A stretch of 64,000 nucleotides of DNA from an uncultured Candidatus Saccharibacteria bacterium (GCA_964591445.1 CAZQAW010000001.1:83010-147009); one strand, 5' to 3'. Shown: positions 1 through 9,380, counted from the first letter of the stretch. A program made the numbers and translations. Notes: generated from the letters alone by a model not told the origin.

Positions 1-960
1 CGACAAGAAACGCTCGCACACAAGGCAATCGACGCTGGCGCAACGATCATCGCCGGCCATCACCCGCACGTTATCGAAGACGTAGAATACTACAAAGGCG
101 GACTTATTTTGTACAGCTTGGGCAACTACATTTTTGACCAATATTTTTCTCCTGAAACAATGGAAGGCTTGCTTGCATTCGTCACCGTCGACAAAAAAGG
201 CATCGCAAAAACAGAATTCAAAACAAGCGTGATGAATAAAAAGTATCAGCCGGAAATAGTGAAAACCGCAACCGCAAAAGGCATTTCCACACTTCCTGAC
301 TGGAGCAAAGGTTATGTGAACGAAGAAGAACCGATCACCAAAGCGCCGAGCACGTGCGAACCTGGCAACCCGGGCGCAGTTGATCCGTTCTACCTTGACG
401 TCGGACGAGATACCGCGATTCCCGTCAGCACATACGTTCCCGCAGATTTGAAACAAGTACACACAGCTTACACCGGTGGCAAAGTGATTTGCTTGCGTAA
501 AGATGCACAAGAACATATCATCGCGCTTATCGACGCTGCGAAAAAAGACGGGCTTTCGATCGTTGTTTCATCTGGCTTTCGAAGTTACGAAACACAAAAA
601 ACTATTTTGAATTATTGGCTTAACATTTCAGGCGACGACGCATATCGCCGCATCGCAAAACCTGGGCATTCTGAACATCAGCTTGGCACGGCTGTCGACT
701 TGTCTGGCGCAAGTATAAAGAACGAAAGCGCGACAGACAAATTTGAAGGAACTCCAGAAGAAATCTGGCTTGAACAAAATGCATTCAAATACGGCTTCGT
801 TCGCAGCTACCCAGAAGGCAAAGAAAGTACGACCGGCTACGCCTACGAACCATGGCACTATCGCTACGTCGGCACAACTTACGCGGAACGCATCCGCGAC
901 CTCGGCACCACCATCAACCTTTTCCTTCACGATTTGAACGATGATGAGATTGGCGGGTAA
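1..960 (+). CDS. 5'-partial CDS. CapA/PgsA-like metallophosphatase domain (continues upstream of window) fused to a C-terminal VanY/M15 D-Ala-D-Ala carboxypeptidase domain
   Basis: Frame 1 is open from nt 1 (RQETLAHKAIDAGATIIAGHHPHVIEDVEYYKGGLILYSLGNYIF = CapA motif). C-terminal half has SGFRSYETQ, HSEHQLGTAVDL and EPWHYRY (M15/VanY zinc-peptidase motifs). Confidence 0.7.
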   Translation, partial: RQETLAHKAIDAGATIIAGHHPHVIEDVEYYKGGLILYSLGNYIFDQYFSPETMEGLLAFVTVDKKGIAKTEFKTSVMNKKYQPEIVKTATAKGISTLPDWSKGYVNEEEPITKAPSTCEPGNPGAVDPFYLDVGRDTAIPVSTYVPADLKQVHTAYTGGKVICLRKDAQEHIIALIDAAKKDGLSIVVSSGFRSYETQKTILNYWLNISGDDAYRRIAKPGHSEHQLGTAVDLSGASIKNESATDKFEGTPEEIWLEQNAFKYGFVRSYPEGKESTTGYAYEPWHYRYVGTTYAERIRDLGTTINLFLHDLNDDEIGG

Positions 961-1001
961 ATAAAAAAGCGATCCGGATTTCCTGGATCGCTTTTTTATT
1001 T
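961..1001. terminator. Bidirectional rho-independent terminator hairpin (GCGATCCGG...CTGGATCGC, flanked by an A-run and a T-run)
   Basis: aaaaaagcgatccggatttcctggatcgcttttttatttttt seen directly after the stop codon. Confidence 0.7.
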
Positions 1002-1016
1002 TTTGCTTGAATTAAT

Positions 1017-1337
1017 TTAAGATTTTAAATGTACTGGAATAAAAATCCTGTCTTGTCCTGCAACCTTGTTTTTATTAGTAACTTCTTTTAGTTCCCCAAT
1101 ACTAACAAGCCAATCTACGCAAACCATTGCGTCCCACATGTCTGATATACCGCATTTACTTATAGCACAAGCCATAGTAACAGCTCCTGATACCTTGAGG
1201 ATTTTCTTAAGACGATCTCTCATTTTAATGAGTTCTAAGACATTTTCTTCCGACTCTTTAGTAGGAAAGAATTTCTTTTTTTCAGTTTCAAATTTGTACA
1301 TATTTTTATTTTTAAATTTAAATAAAACATATAACAA
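1017..1337 (-). CDS. Hypothetical small protein in an AT-rich patch
   Basis: ORF only; no recognisable motifs. Local AT-richness relative to flanks. Confidence 0.3.
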   Translation of the reverse strand: MLYVLFKFKNKNMYKFETEKKKFFPTKESEENVLELIKMRDRLKKILKVSGAVTMACAISKCGISDMWDAMVCVDWLVSIGELKEVTNKNKVAGQDRIFIPVHLKS

Positions 1338-1392
1338 AAACTATTTTATGTCAAGTGCTTATAGATTACCCATAAACACCCAAAAGTAACAT

Positions 1393-3654
1393 CTATTTCG
1401 CGAAAGCTGTTGCTTCGTCGAACTTTATAGAAAGGAGTTTGGATGCTCCGTCGGCGCCTAGAGTGACACCGTAGAGGACATTTGCTCGAGACATAGTCTC
1501 GCGGTTGTGGGTAACAACTACAAGCTGAGAATACGTTGCAAGCGTCTCGATCATGTCGCCATAGCGGCGAGAGTTTGATTCATCAAGAGCTGCGTCTGTT
1601 TCATCGAGCACCAAAAATGGCGGCGGGTTTACCTGAGAAATTGCAAACAAAAGTGCGATAGAAGTAAGAGAGCGTTCTCCACCAGAGAGCATTGTGAGTT
1701 CTTTCACTTTTTTCTGCGGTAAAGATATATTGATGTCGATACCGTGCTCGAAAGATTCTTCGCCATCTGTTTCTTCAACTTCTTCCTCCTCTTCCTCCAC
1801 CCCGGCGGACAAGCCTTTTTTCTTTTTCTTGGTTTCTACAATCACAGAGAGAAATGCCGTTCCCCCACCAAACATAAGCGCAAAGAATTTCTGGAATTGC
1901 ACGTTAATCTTTTCAATACCAGATTTGAATTCGGTATCAAGCTTGACTTTAAGCTCGCGAATAAGCGTGTCGATATCTTCCATACTTTTCGTCAAATCTT
2001 CAATTTCGCGAGACAAAAACGCATCACGCTCCGTCGCTTCTTGGTATTCTTTCATCACTTCCCCGCCGGAAGTTGCCCCCGCGTCTTCAAGCTTGATCTT
2101 GATGCGTTCAATTTTTTTATGAAGTTCGTCTTGCGAAAGCGCGTCGTCTTTCATTTCGTGCTGTTTGTATTCGAGCACGCGCGGGCCGACAAGCGCGGCA
2201 ATTTCTTTGACATCGTCCACAAAACGCACTTCTTTCTGCTTGAGCGCTTCTTCTTTCACGGCATTCATCGAAAGCGCGTTTGAAAGCTCGTTTTTCTTCA
2301 TCATGTGTTCAAAACGCGACTGATCTTTCTTGCGATTGTCTGCTTCCATATTTCGAAGCGCATCTTTATACGTCTCCACTTGTTTGTAGAGTTTATCTTC
2401 TTCAAGCGCAATCTTCTCAAGCTCGGCCACTATTTCAGCCTGCTTGCCTTTCATCTCGGCAATGAGTTCAGAGTTGATAGCTTCCACCGGTTTTGCTTCT
2501 ATGTCGTGCGGTAAAAGGTCTTGCACAATGCGACGGATATTTTCTAGATGCGGAGCGGCTTCTTTGATAGAGCCCAACCCAAGCACTTGCTCGATTTGAG
2601 AAACAACATCTCTAATGAACATTTCGATTTCTGTCTTTGTTTTTGTAACGCGTTGTATCGTTTCTGCGACAGGAGTATGTGCTTTTGATTCTTCAAATTC
2701 AATCACACCTTCAATGCGCCCAAGTTTGCGAGAAATGTCATCTTTGATCGATCGCAAGTCTCGAAGCGCTTGTTCAGTATTTTTCAAAAGTTCGTTCTTT
2801 TCTTCAACAAGCGGGTCCACACCTTCTTCCTTGTACGAAAGAGTTTCTTCAATATCTTTCAAGCTCAGAGTGAGCTTTTTCTTTTCTGTATCCAAATGTT
2901 CTTTCTCGTGAGCGATATCATGCTCTTCGCGCTTCAAATACGTGAGCGCAAGCATCTCGAGTTCGTTTCGCATTTCTTCGGCTTTCTCTATTTTTTCTAC
3001 CTGCTTTTTTAGGAATGCTATATGTGGCGCGATTTCTCTTCGGAGCGATGTCGCTTCTTTGATATTCTGCTTCGTCTTTTCCATTTTGCGTTCGCTTTCT
3101 TTCAAACGATATTGATACACTTTGAGCCCGAGCGCGTCTTCTACCATACCGCGACGATCTTTGGAAGACGCATTCAAAATGCGGTCCGCTTCGCCTTGCG
3201 AAATGATGTGGTGGCCAGAACTTCCAATATTCACGCTCGAGACAAGTTCGTGAACGTCTTTCAAGCGAACTTCTGTGCCGTTGATCAAATATTTGTTCGT
3301 ACCGTCAGCATACACTTCGCGAGAAATAGTAATTTCATCGTAGTCGAGTTTGATATTCGCGTTTGTGATAGTCGCCAAAGAAAATACTTTTTTTGTATTA
3401 TCAAAAACAATAGACACCGATGCACGCGAAAGTTTCGGCATCGACTTTGAACCTTTGAAAATCATATCTGCTCCAGACTTTCCGCGGAGCGATTTGATGG
3501 ATTGCTCACCCAAAACGAAACGGATCGATTCAACAACGTTTGATTTACCGGAACCATTCGGCCCGACAATAGAAGTAACCGGAGCATTGAAAGAAAGCGT
3601 GCTTTTCTTAGCAAAAGATTTAAATCCAGAAAGTTCAATGCTTTTTAAGTACAT
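1393..3654 (-). CDS. smc: SMC-family chromosome partition ATPase, unusually short (753 aa) with no recognisable hinge domain
   Basis: N-terminus MYLKSIELSGFKSF...GPNGSGKSNVVESIRFVLGEQS (SMC head, Walker A). C-terminus LSGGERSLTSIALLFAISQVNPPPFLVLDETDAALDE (signature + Walker B). Coiled-coil-like Lys/Glu-rich middle and an acidic EEEEEEVEETDGEE insert. Confidence 0.75.
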   Translation of the reverse strand: MYLKSIELSGFKSFAKKSTLSFNAPVTSIVGPNGSGKSNVVESIRFVLGEQSIKSLRGKSGADMIFKGSKSMPKLSRASVSIVFDNTKKVFSLATITNANIKLDYDEITISREVYADGTNKYLINGTEVRLKDVHELVSSVNIGSSGHHIISQGEADRILNASSKDRRGMVEDALGLKVYQYRLKESERKMEKTKQNIKEATSLRREIAPHIAFLKKQVEKIEKAEEMRNELEMLALTYLKREEHDIAHEKEHLDTEKKKLTLSLKDIEETLSYKEEGVDPLVEEKNELLKNTEQALRDLRSIKDDISRKLGRIEGVIEFEESKAHTPVAETIQRVTKTKTEIEMFIRDVVSQIEQVLGLGSIKEAAPHLENIRRIVQDLLPHDIEAKPVEAINSELIAEMKGKQAEIVAELEKIALEEDKLYKQVETYKDALRNMEADNRKKDQSRFEHMMKKNELSNALSMNAVKEEALKQKEVRFVDDVKEIAALVGPRVLEYKQHEMKDDALSQDELHKKIERIKIKLEDAGATSGGEVMKEYQEATERDAFLSREIEDLTKSMEDIDTLIRELKVKLDTEFKSGIEKINVQFQKFFALMFGGGTAFLSVIVETKKKKKGLSAGVEEEEEEVEETDGEESFEHGIDINISLPQKKVKELTMLSGGERSLTSIALLFAISQVNPPPFLVLDETDAALDESNSRRYGDMIETLATYSQLVVVTHNRETMSRANVLYGVTLGADGASKLLSIKFDEATAFAK

Positions 3655-3664
3655 AGTCTATATT

Positions 3665-4360
3665 CTAATCGAACCAGTCACGAGCCACAAGCGCTTTGCG
3701 TGCTGCTTCTTGTTCGGCTTCTTGTTTTGATTTGCCTTTGCCTGTTGCTATTTGTTCTTCGCCAAAGAAAATCGCCACAGTAAAATGTTTGTCGTGGTCA
3801 GGGCCAGACTCGGCAATGACTTTGTACGCCGGAGTTGTGCCTTCATATTCTTGCGCTTTTTCTTGCACTAAACTTTTCGAATCTCGCCACAATTTCTTTT
3901 CAACAATTTCATCGATGCGCGGGAAAAGTGAATCTGCGATGAAAGCGCGCGCGGATTCATACCCTTGATCAAGATAGAGCGCGCCGACATACGCTTCGTA
4001 TGTGTTTGCAAGAATGTATTGCCGAGCTTTACCCATGTCTTTTGCTTCGCCTTTAGACAAAAGCAAATAGTCGTTCATGCCAAGCTCGGATGCGATTTCA
4101 GAAATGATAACCGCATTCACCAGCGCGCTTCGGTACGCAGTAAGCTGGCCTTCGGGGCTATCTTGATATGTGTTGTACAAATAGTCTGTCACGACAAGTT
4201 CCAAAACCGCGTCGCCCAAAAACTCCAAGCGCTCGTTGTGAGCAAGCCCAGATTTTGGATTTTCATTGATATATGAGCGGTGAATAAATGCTTGCGTGAG
4301 AAGTTTTTTATCAGAAAAATAAATCCCTGTCTTCTCTTCAAATGCTGATGTGTCTTTCAT
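3665..4360 (-). CDS. rnc: Ribonuclease III
   Basis: ERLEFLGDAVLELVV RNase III signature. C-terminal dsRBD (KHFTVAIFFGEEQIATGKGKSKQEAEQEAARKAL). Confidence 0.92.
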   Translation of the reverse strand: MKDTSAFEEKTGIYFSDKKLLTQAFIHRSYINENPKSGLAHNERLEFLGDAVLELVVTDYLYNTYQDSPEGQLTAYRSALVNAVIISEIASELGMNDYLLLSKGEAKDMGKARQYILANTYEAYVGALYLDQGYESARAFIADSLFPRIDEIVEKKLWRDSKSLVQEKAQEYEGTTPAYKVIAESGPDHDKHFTVAIFFGEEQIATGKGKSKQEAEQEAARKALVARDWFD

Positions 4361-4440
4361 ATGTTGATATGAAGGAAGGATTATGAATCAACACAAGTTT
4401 CATTCACAATGCTTCATTCGTAAATACTAAATAATAATTG

Positions 4441-5379
4441 CTATTCTTTCACTTCCTGCTGCGACATGATGATCTCGATTGCTTTTGCGAAAAGCGGCAC
4501 AATGTCATCATACATTGTTAAACCAGCAATGTCTTCCATTGGAAACCACTGCGCTCCATCGAGACCTCCTGAACTTACAAGTTCAAGTTCTTGATAATGC
4601 GCTTTCGCCAAATAGTACGAAACCTGCTTGCGGATTTTTCCTTGCACCGGATGCGAAGCAATATATTCATTCTCGCCCAATTTTTCCACGATTTCAACAT
4701 CAAGACCGATCTCTTCTTTGATCTCGCGCTTGGTGCCTTCTTCGGGTGTTGGCGCATCATCGATGCCGCCCTTTGCTAAAGTCCAATATCCGAACACGTC
4801 ATGCACAAGCGCAAATTCGATCTTGCCATTGTGGTCCGCATAGACAATTGCGCTTCCCTTTTTTTCAATCGGAAAAGTTGAAGGATCTGCGTTTGGATCA
4901 AACTTTTTCTTGGTGACTTCGTCTTTGCCTGGCTCGCCGATTTCTTTGTACACAGCGCCAAGCACTCCGTTGACGAAGCGGCCGCTGTTTTCTCCACCAA
5001 AACTTTTTGCAAGTTCGATAGATTCGTTGATCGCAACTTTTGGAGGAACTTGGCTGTGGTCTCCAAACAAAAGCTCGCAAAGCCCCATGCGCAAAATGTT
5101 GCGGTCGATGATATTGATCTTGTCGATCGGCCAGTCCGGCGCAGCCTTCTCGATGATTTCATCCACAATCTTTTTCTTCTTGATAACAAGTTCAAGAAGC
5201 ATTGTGACGAATTCGGTGTCGTTCAAACCAGGGCCGAACTCTGCCATATTGCGATCCAAAATCGGGCCGATATCTGTATCGGGCTTCACATTGAAATCCC
5301 ACTCAAAGAGTGTTTGGAGAACTATTGATCTTGAAAGGTGCCTGTTTGCCATAGAGTGCCCCGTGGGGCGAAAGAACAA
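4441..5379 (-). CDS. nusB: NusB antitermination factor fused to a C-terminal NUDIX hydrolase domain
   Basis: N-terminal ~150 aa NusB-like (RSIVLQTLFEWDF...FVNGVLGAV). C-terminal half has the Nudix box GGIDDAPTPEEGTKREIKEEIGL. The start may be the internal MANRH at about 5352. Confidence 0.7.
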   Translation of the reverse strand: MFFRPTGHSMANRHLSRSIVLQTLFEWDFNVKPDTDIGPILDRNMAEFGPGLNDTEFVTMLLELVIKKKKIVDEIIEKAAPDWPIDKINIIDRNILRMGLCELLFGDHSQVPPKVAINESIELAKSFGGENSGRFVNGVLGAVYKEIGEPGKDEVTKKKFDPNADPSTFPIEKKGSAIVYADHNGKIEFALVHDVFGYWTLAKGGIDDAPTPEEGTKREIKEEIGLDVEIVEKLGENEYIASHPVQGKIRKQVSYYLAKAHYQELELVSSGGLDGAQWFPMEDIAGLTMYDDIVPLFAKAIEIIMSQQEVKE

Positions 5380-5383
5380 ACCA

Positions 5384-5620
5384 CTAAAGAAAACTTACTT
5401 CTTCTTTACTGCTTTTGCCTGCTTTTGCCTGCTTTTTCTCTACTTTCTTTACTACGTCGATAACCTGCTTGCCCTTGTAACGGCCGGTCTTCATGTCGAC
5501 GCGGTGTCGCAAGTGCATAGAACCTGTCTCTTTGTCTGTGCCTACACGAACTGCCGCAAGCGCGTGATGGCTGCGTCGGTTTTTCGTGTGCCCATGTGTA
5601 TGTCGCATTCGTACTGTCAT
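5384..5620 (-). CDS. rpmF: 50S ribosomal protein L32 with C-terminal Lys-rich extension
   Basis: NRRSHHALAAVRVGTDKETGSMHLRHRVDMKTGRYKGKQVI aligns with the bacterial L32 core (RRSHDALT...HLRHHIT..G.YRGRKV). Confidence 0.75.
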   Translation of the reverse strand: MTVRMRHTHGHTKNRRSHHALAAVRVGTDKETGSMHLRHRVDMKTGRYKGKQVIDVVKKVEKKQAKAGKSSKEEVSFL

Positions 5621-5663
5621 AATATGTCTACTCTACCTTATTTTGAAAAATAAATCAAATCTG

Positions 5664-5735
5664 AGCCGTCAATGAGAATCGGACTCATGGTCTCTGTCTT
5701 ACCAAGACAGTGCTTTACCACTAAGCTATGACGGC
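5664..5735 (-). tRNA. tRNA-Thr (anticodon GGU), 72 nt, no encoded CCA, atypical T-loop TCCGATT
   Basis: Hand-folded cloverleaf on minus strand: acceptor GCCGTCA/TGACGGC, D-stem GCTT/AAGC, anticodon stem CTGTC/GACAG, loop TTGGTAA, T-stem ATGAG/CTCAT. Confidence 0.7.
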
Positions 5736-5764
5736 ACATACAGAATGCGAAGCATACGCCCTAC

Positions 5765-5815
5765 CCCTCTCCTTTACAAGGAGAGGGTGCCCGAGGGATA
5801 CGGGCGGGTGAGGTC
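5765..5815 (+). repeat. Two-hairpin palindromic repeat element, copy A (CCCCTCTCCT-loop-AGGAGAGGG, second stem GCCCG..CGGGC, tail GGTGAGGT)
   Basis: Shares first stem, 3' tail and two-hairpin layout with the copies at 16529-16577 and 16930-16976. Confidence 0.6.
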
Positions 5816-5823
5816 TTTCAATC

Positions 5824-7083
5824 TTAAAACAATCCAACAATAACCGCAACTGCGGCCAAGCTCATAAGAAGAAATGTGATCCACCCTATTGCCGATTTCC
5901 ATGGACCACTTGCGTAATTCCCCATCACGTTTTTGTTTGAAGCAATTCTGACAATAAAATATAAAACGAACGGCGCAACAATGCCATTTCCAACAGCAGA
6001 ATAAATAAGCGCGTCGATCGGATCAATGCCAACGAAGTTTAAAATAATTCCAACAACGATCGAAAGCGCAATCACTCCATAAAACGCATATGCTTCACCA
6101 AGTTTTTTATTCAAACCGAAATTCCAGTGCATCATTTCTGAAAGCGCATACGCACTCGATCCGGCAAGCACTGGTATTGCAAGCATGCCCGTACCAATGA
6201 TGCCAACCGCAAAGAGCAGATACGCAAAATCTCCCGCAAAAGGTCGAAGTGCGCTTGCAGCATCAGCCGCAGACGCGATTGTATGGATACCCTGCATATG
6301 TAGCACTGCGCCCGAAACAGCGATGATGAAAAACATTACAACGTTTGAAACGAACATTCCGATCCACACGTCGGCATTCATATTTTTGAGATTTTGATCA
6401 ATCATGTTTTGAGTTCCTTCGCGCTCGTGCAACTCTTCTTCTTCAACTTCTTGCGACGTCTGCCAAAAGAAAAGATACGGAGAAATGGTCGTTCCAAGCA
6501 CAGCGCAGATAAGCAGCAGTTGGTCTTTTGCAAAAGTAATATGCGGAATCAGCGTGTGGCGAAAAATTTCCGACCAGTCAAACTTTATGAAAAACGCCGT
6601 TGCGATATATGACACAAGAACAAGCGCAAGGTACTTCAAATATTTCGCGTAATTTGCGTATGGGATAAACACTTGAAGCATAATACTGAGAACTCCAGCA
6701 AGGATAATAAATACATCCGGATGCACAGATGGAAATACAAGCTTCGCGGCTTCTCCTATCGCACCCAAGTCTGCACCAATGTTAAAAATATTTGTCGCAA
6801 GCAAAAGCACTGTCACTGTCATGAGCACAGGTTTTGGAAAATGTTCACGCATGTTCGCTGCCAACCCTTTTTTTGTAACGATACCAATGCGTGCACACAT
6901 TTCTTGTACCACGCCAGTAAGCGGAAATGTAAAAAGCGCAAGCCACAAAAAGCGAGTACCGTACTGGGCACCCGTTTGAGAATATGTTGCGATGCCTGAA
7001 GGATCATCGTCGGAAGCACCAACCACCAAGCCAGGCCCAAGTGTATGCCAGTATCGCTTCACGCGCTTTTTCATTTCGTCCAT
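5824..7083 (-). CDS. mntH: Nramp-family divalent metal (Mn2+/Fe2+) transporter
   Basis: 419-aa polytopic membrane protein. N-terminal GASDDDPSGIATYSQTGAQYG resembles the Nramp DPGN signature region. About 11 TM segments. Confidence 0.7.
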   Translation of the reverse strand: MDEMKKRVKRYWHTLGPGLVVGASDDDPSGIATYSQTGAQYGTRFLWLALFTFPLTGVVQEMCARIGIVTKKGLAANMREHFPKPVLMTVTVLLLATNIFNIGADLGAIGEAAKLVFPSVHPDVFIILAGVLSIMLQVFIPYANYAKYLKYLALVLVSYIATAFFIKFDWSEIFRHTLIPHITFAKDQLLLICAVLGTTISPYLFFWQTSQEVEEEELHEREGTQNMIDQNLKNMNADVWIGMFVSNVVMFFIIAVSGAVLHMQGIHTIASAADAASALRPFAGDFAYLLFAVGIIGTGMLAIPVLAGSSAYALSEMMHWNFGLNKKLGEAYAFYGVIALSIVVGIILNFVGIDPIDALIYSAVGNGIVAPFVLYFIVRIASNKNVMGNYASGPWKSAIGWITFLLMSLAAVAVIVGLF

Positions 7084-7129
7084 ATTAAGTAGTGTAACCT
7101 ATCACTACACAATTTGAAACGGAAAACTT

Positions 7130-8374
7130 TTAGATAAATGTAAGCGCAGTTCCCGTTCTGTCTCCTCTACCAGTTCGGCCAATGCGGTGAATATATGTAT
7201 CGTATGTTTGTGGAATGTCGTAGTTGATGACGTGCGAAATATCTGGAATGTCGATTCCTCGCGCAGCGACGTCAGTCGCAATGACTACTTGCACGTTTCC
7301 TGTTGCAAGAGCTTTGACCGCTCGCTCACGTTCGCGATTCCGCATATCTCCATGAAGCCCGAGAGCTTTGAACCCGCGTCCAGTCAATTCTTTTTCAAGT
7401 TCGTCCACGCTTCGTTTCATTTCTCGAAAGATCAGCACTTTTTTAGATTCTGGTCGAACCAAAATATCGTGAAGCATGTCGAGTTTTTCAGATTTGTTTT
7501 TAACCCGCACCACGTCTTGGTCGATAGAGCTTGAAGTGTCGCGAGTTTTGACAGAAACGGTTGTTGGATTTTTCAAAAAGTCTGAACACAATTTTTTAAT
7601 GTCTGGAGAAAATGTCGCAGAGAAAAACAAACCTTGCTTGTCCGCTGGCATTCCGCCCAAAATAGTTCGCATGTCATCCACGAACCCCATATCAAGCATT
7701 CGATCTGCTTCGTCAAGCACGATTGAACCATACATAGAAAGTTTAATCTTCCCGCGCTTGATCAAGTCTTTCACGCGGCCAGGAGTGCCGATGACGATAT
7801 GCACACCGAGTTCAAGCTCGCGCATTTGTTTGCCAATCGGCGCGCCTCCAACACACGACACACTAAAAAGTTTCATTCCAATAGTAAAAGCACGGAATTC
7901 TTCTTCGATCTGTTGCGCAAGTTCACGAGTTGGTGCAAGCACCATCACAGAATGCTTTTTGTCAGTCAAAAGTTTGTTGATAAGCGGAAGCAAAAACGCC
8001 GCTGTTTTTCCAGTTCCCGTGTTTGCAATTCCGATCACATCTACGCCAGTCATCACAAGCGGGATAGTTTGATCTTGAATCGGCGAAGGAGTTTTATATC
8101 CTTTTACTTCAATATTTTTCACCAAACGCGCATCCAAATTGAAATCGTTGAATGTATGTTTCGCATTGTAGATTTCTTTTTCTACTTTTTTTGCTTTGTT
8201 GATAAAGAGGTTCGCGTCGATATATTCTCCGCGTCCGCGCTTTTTGGGCGCACTTTTAAAACGAGGTCGTGCCCCGACATTTCCTCTATTCCCCCCAATG
8301 CTTCCTCCACGACCAAATCGCGAAGAACGTGAGCCTCCAGCCGGTTTCGGCGAGAAGCGATTTCGTATATTCAT
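7130..8374 (-). CDS. DEAD-box ATP-dependent RNA helicase with N-terminal RGG/Arg-rich tail
   Basis: Q-motif region KTPSPIQDQTIP, Walker A TGTGKTAAF, VLDEADRMLDMGF, SAT, HRIGRTGRGDRTG. N-terminus GGSRSSRFGRGGSIGGNRGNVGARPRF. Confidence 0.9.
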   Translation of the reverse strand: MNIRNRFSPKPAGGSRSSRFGRGGSIGGNRGNVGARPRFKSAPKKRGRGEYIDANLFINKAKKVEKEIYNAKHTFNDFNLDARLVKNIEVKGYKTPSPIQDQTIPLVMTGVDVIGIANTGTGKTAAFLLPLINKLLTDKKHSVMVLAPTRELAQQIEEEFRAFTIGMKLFSVSCVGGAPIGKQMRELELGVHIVIGTPGRVKDLIKRGKIKLSMYGSIVLDEADRMLDMGFVDDMRTILGGMPADKQGLFFSATFSPDIKKLCSDFLKNPTTVSVKTRDTSSSIDQDVVRVKNKSEKLDMLHDILVRPESKKVLIFREMKRSVDELEKELTGRGFKALGLHGDMRNRERERAVKALATGNVQVVIATDVAARGIDIPDISHVINYDIPQTYDTYIHRIGRTGRGDRTGTALTFI

Positions 8375-8566
8375 GTGTAATTCGTCTCTGTTATATGCAA
8401 ATCATCAGAGTAGAATTGAGCCCATACACAATGACATACATAGTATTTTATTAATGTTCCTATTGTAATATATTCTTACTTTTTTGTCAAGAAACCACAA
8501 TATTCTATTATACTTTTATTATTGACTTTTTATACAAAATAAGTATAGTTAAGAAAAAAAACAAAA

Positions 8567-9112
8567 ATGAAAAAACTACTCAAAAAGACACTGGGGGCAT
8601 TATACCTCTGGCTTATTACAAGAATTAGCTCACGAGTTATAAAAACAATAGGAAAAACTAAAAAATTGTCTAAAGATAATTTTTGTGTAACTCTTAAGAA
8701 CATCAAAAACGAGACTGACGAATTTCTTCTTCAGGTGATTGAATACAATAAAAATGGAACTATACGCAAATCAGGAAAAGAAACACTTATTAATCTAAAT
8801 GAAAATGACTTTAGCACGAATTTTCTCAATAAGGATTTTAAGTACCCTGATATACTAACTGCTTTCATTGGAGGAAAGGGTGGCGATTACATACTTGAGC
8901 ATATTTACTGCAATAAAGAACATGTCTTTACACTTGAATCTTATTTGGAATACGTCAGAAAATCGCACTATGCTGAGAAGCATGAACCCGCGGTATTCAC
9001 ACTAACCAATGTTTCATTACCAAACGCTCAAATGAAAATTCTTGGGTTTAATTATACTCATTTTGATACGCAATATTTAATTAAATGGTTTCCGTTAAAA
9101 AAGACAGCCTGA
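8567..9112 (+). CDS. Hypothetical protein (AT-rich orphan ORF next to the tRNA cluster)
   Basis: ORF with upstream TTGACT-16-TATAGT-like promoter and a downstream terminator; no known motifs. Confidence 0.4.
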   Translation: MKKLLKKTLGALYLWLITRISSRVIKTIGKTKKLSKDNFCVTLKNIKNETDEFLLQVIEYNKNGTIRKSGKETLINLNENDFSTNFLNKDFKYPDILTAFIGGKGGDYILEHIYCNKEHVFTLESYLEYVRKSHYAEKHEPAVFTLTNVSLPNAQMKILGFNYTHFDTQYLIKWFPLKKTA

Positions 9113-9132
9113 GTTAAAAACATTCACAAAAA

Positions 9133-9160
9133 AGTCCTTCACGAATGAAGGACTTTTTTT
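9133..9160 (+). terminator. Rho-independent terminator (GTCCTTCA-CGAA-TGAAGGAC + T7)
   Basis: aaaaagtccttcacgaatgaaggacttttttt. Confidence 0.8.
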
Positions 9161-9163
9161 CTG

Positions 9164-9237
9164 CGCGATCGAGCGGATTTGAACCGCCGACCTCCCGCGT
9201 GACAGGCGGGCGCTCTAACCAGCTGAGCTACGACCGC
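9164..9237 (-). tRNA. tRNA-Asp (anticodon GUC), 74 nt, CCA not encoded
   Basis: Hand-folded: acceptor GCGGTCG/CGATCGC, D-arm TAGCTCAGCTGGTTAGAGC, anticodon loop CTGTCAC, T-arm GGCGG-TTCAAAT-CCGCT. Confidence 0.8.
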
Positions 9238-9303
9238 ATAATTTTTAAAACAAAAACTGTGTCACTATTTCAAACTATCATATCAGGAAGTTATTCCCAA
9301 ATA

Positions 9304-9380
9304 TGGTGTCGGCGGGAGGAATCGAACCTCCGACCTTGGGCTTATGAGTCCCACGCTCTAACCGACTGAGCTACGCCGAC
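9304..9380 (-). tRNA. tRNA with CAU anticodon (elongator Met or Ile2-lysidine type), 3' CCA encoded
   Basis: Acceptor GTCGGCG/CGCCGAC with G1-C72 pair, D-arm TAGCTCAGTCGGTTAGAGC, anticodon loop CTCATAA, T-arm GGAGG-TTCGATT-CCTCC, discriminator A then CCA. Confidence 0.75.

Noticed and set aside
1066-1389. 107-aa plus-strand ORF
   Set aside because: Antisense overlap with the 1017..1337 ORF in an AT-rich patch; neither is well supported, and only the minus ORF is kept, as low-confidence.
9145-9369. 74-aa plus-strand ORF
   Set aside because: Lies entirely over the tRNA-Asp and tRNA-CAU genes on the opposite strand; translation (GFEPPTSRVTGGRSNQLSYD) is the typical tRNA-antisense artefact.
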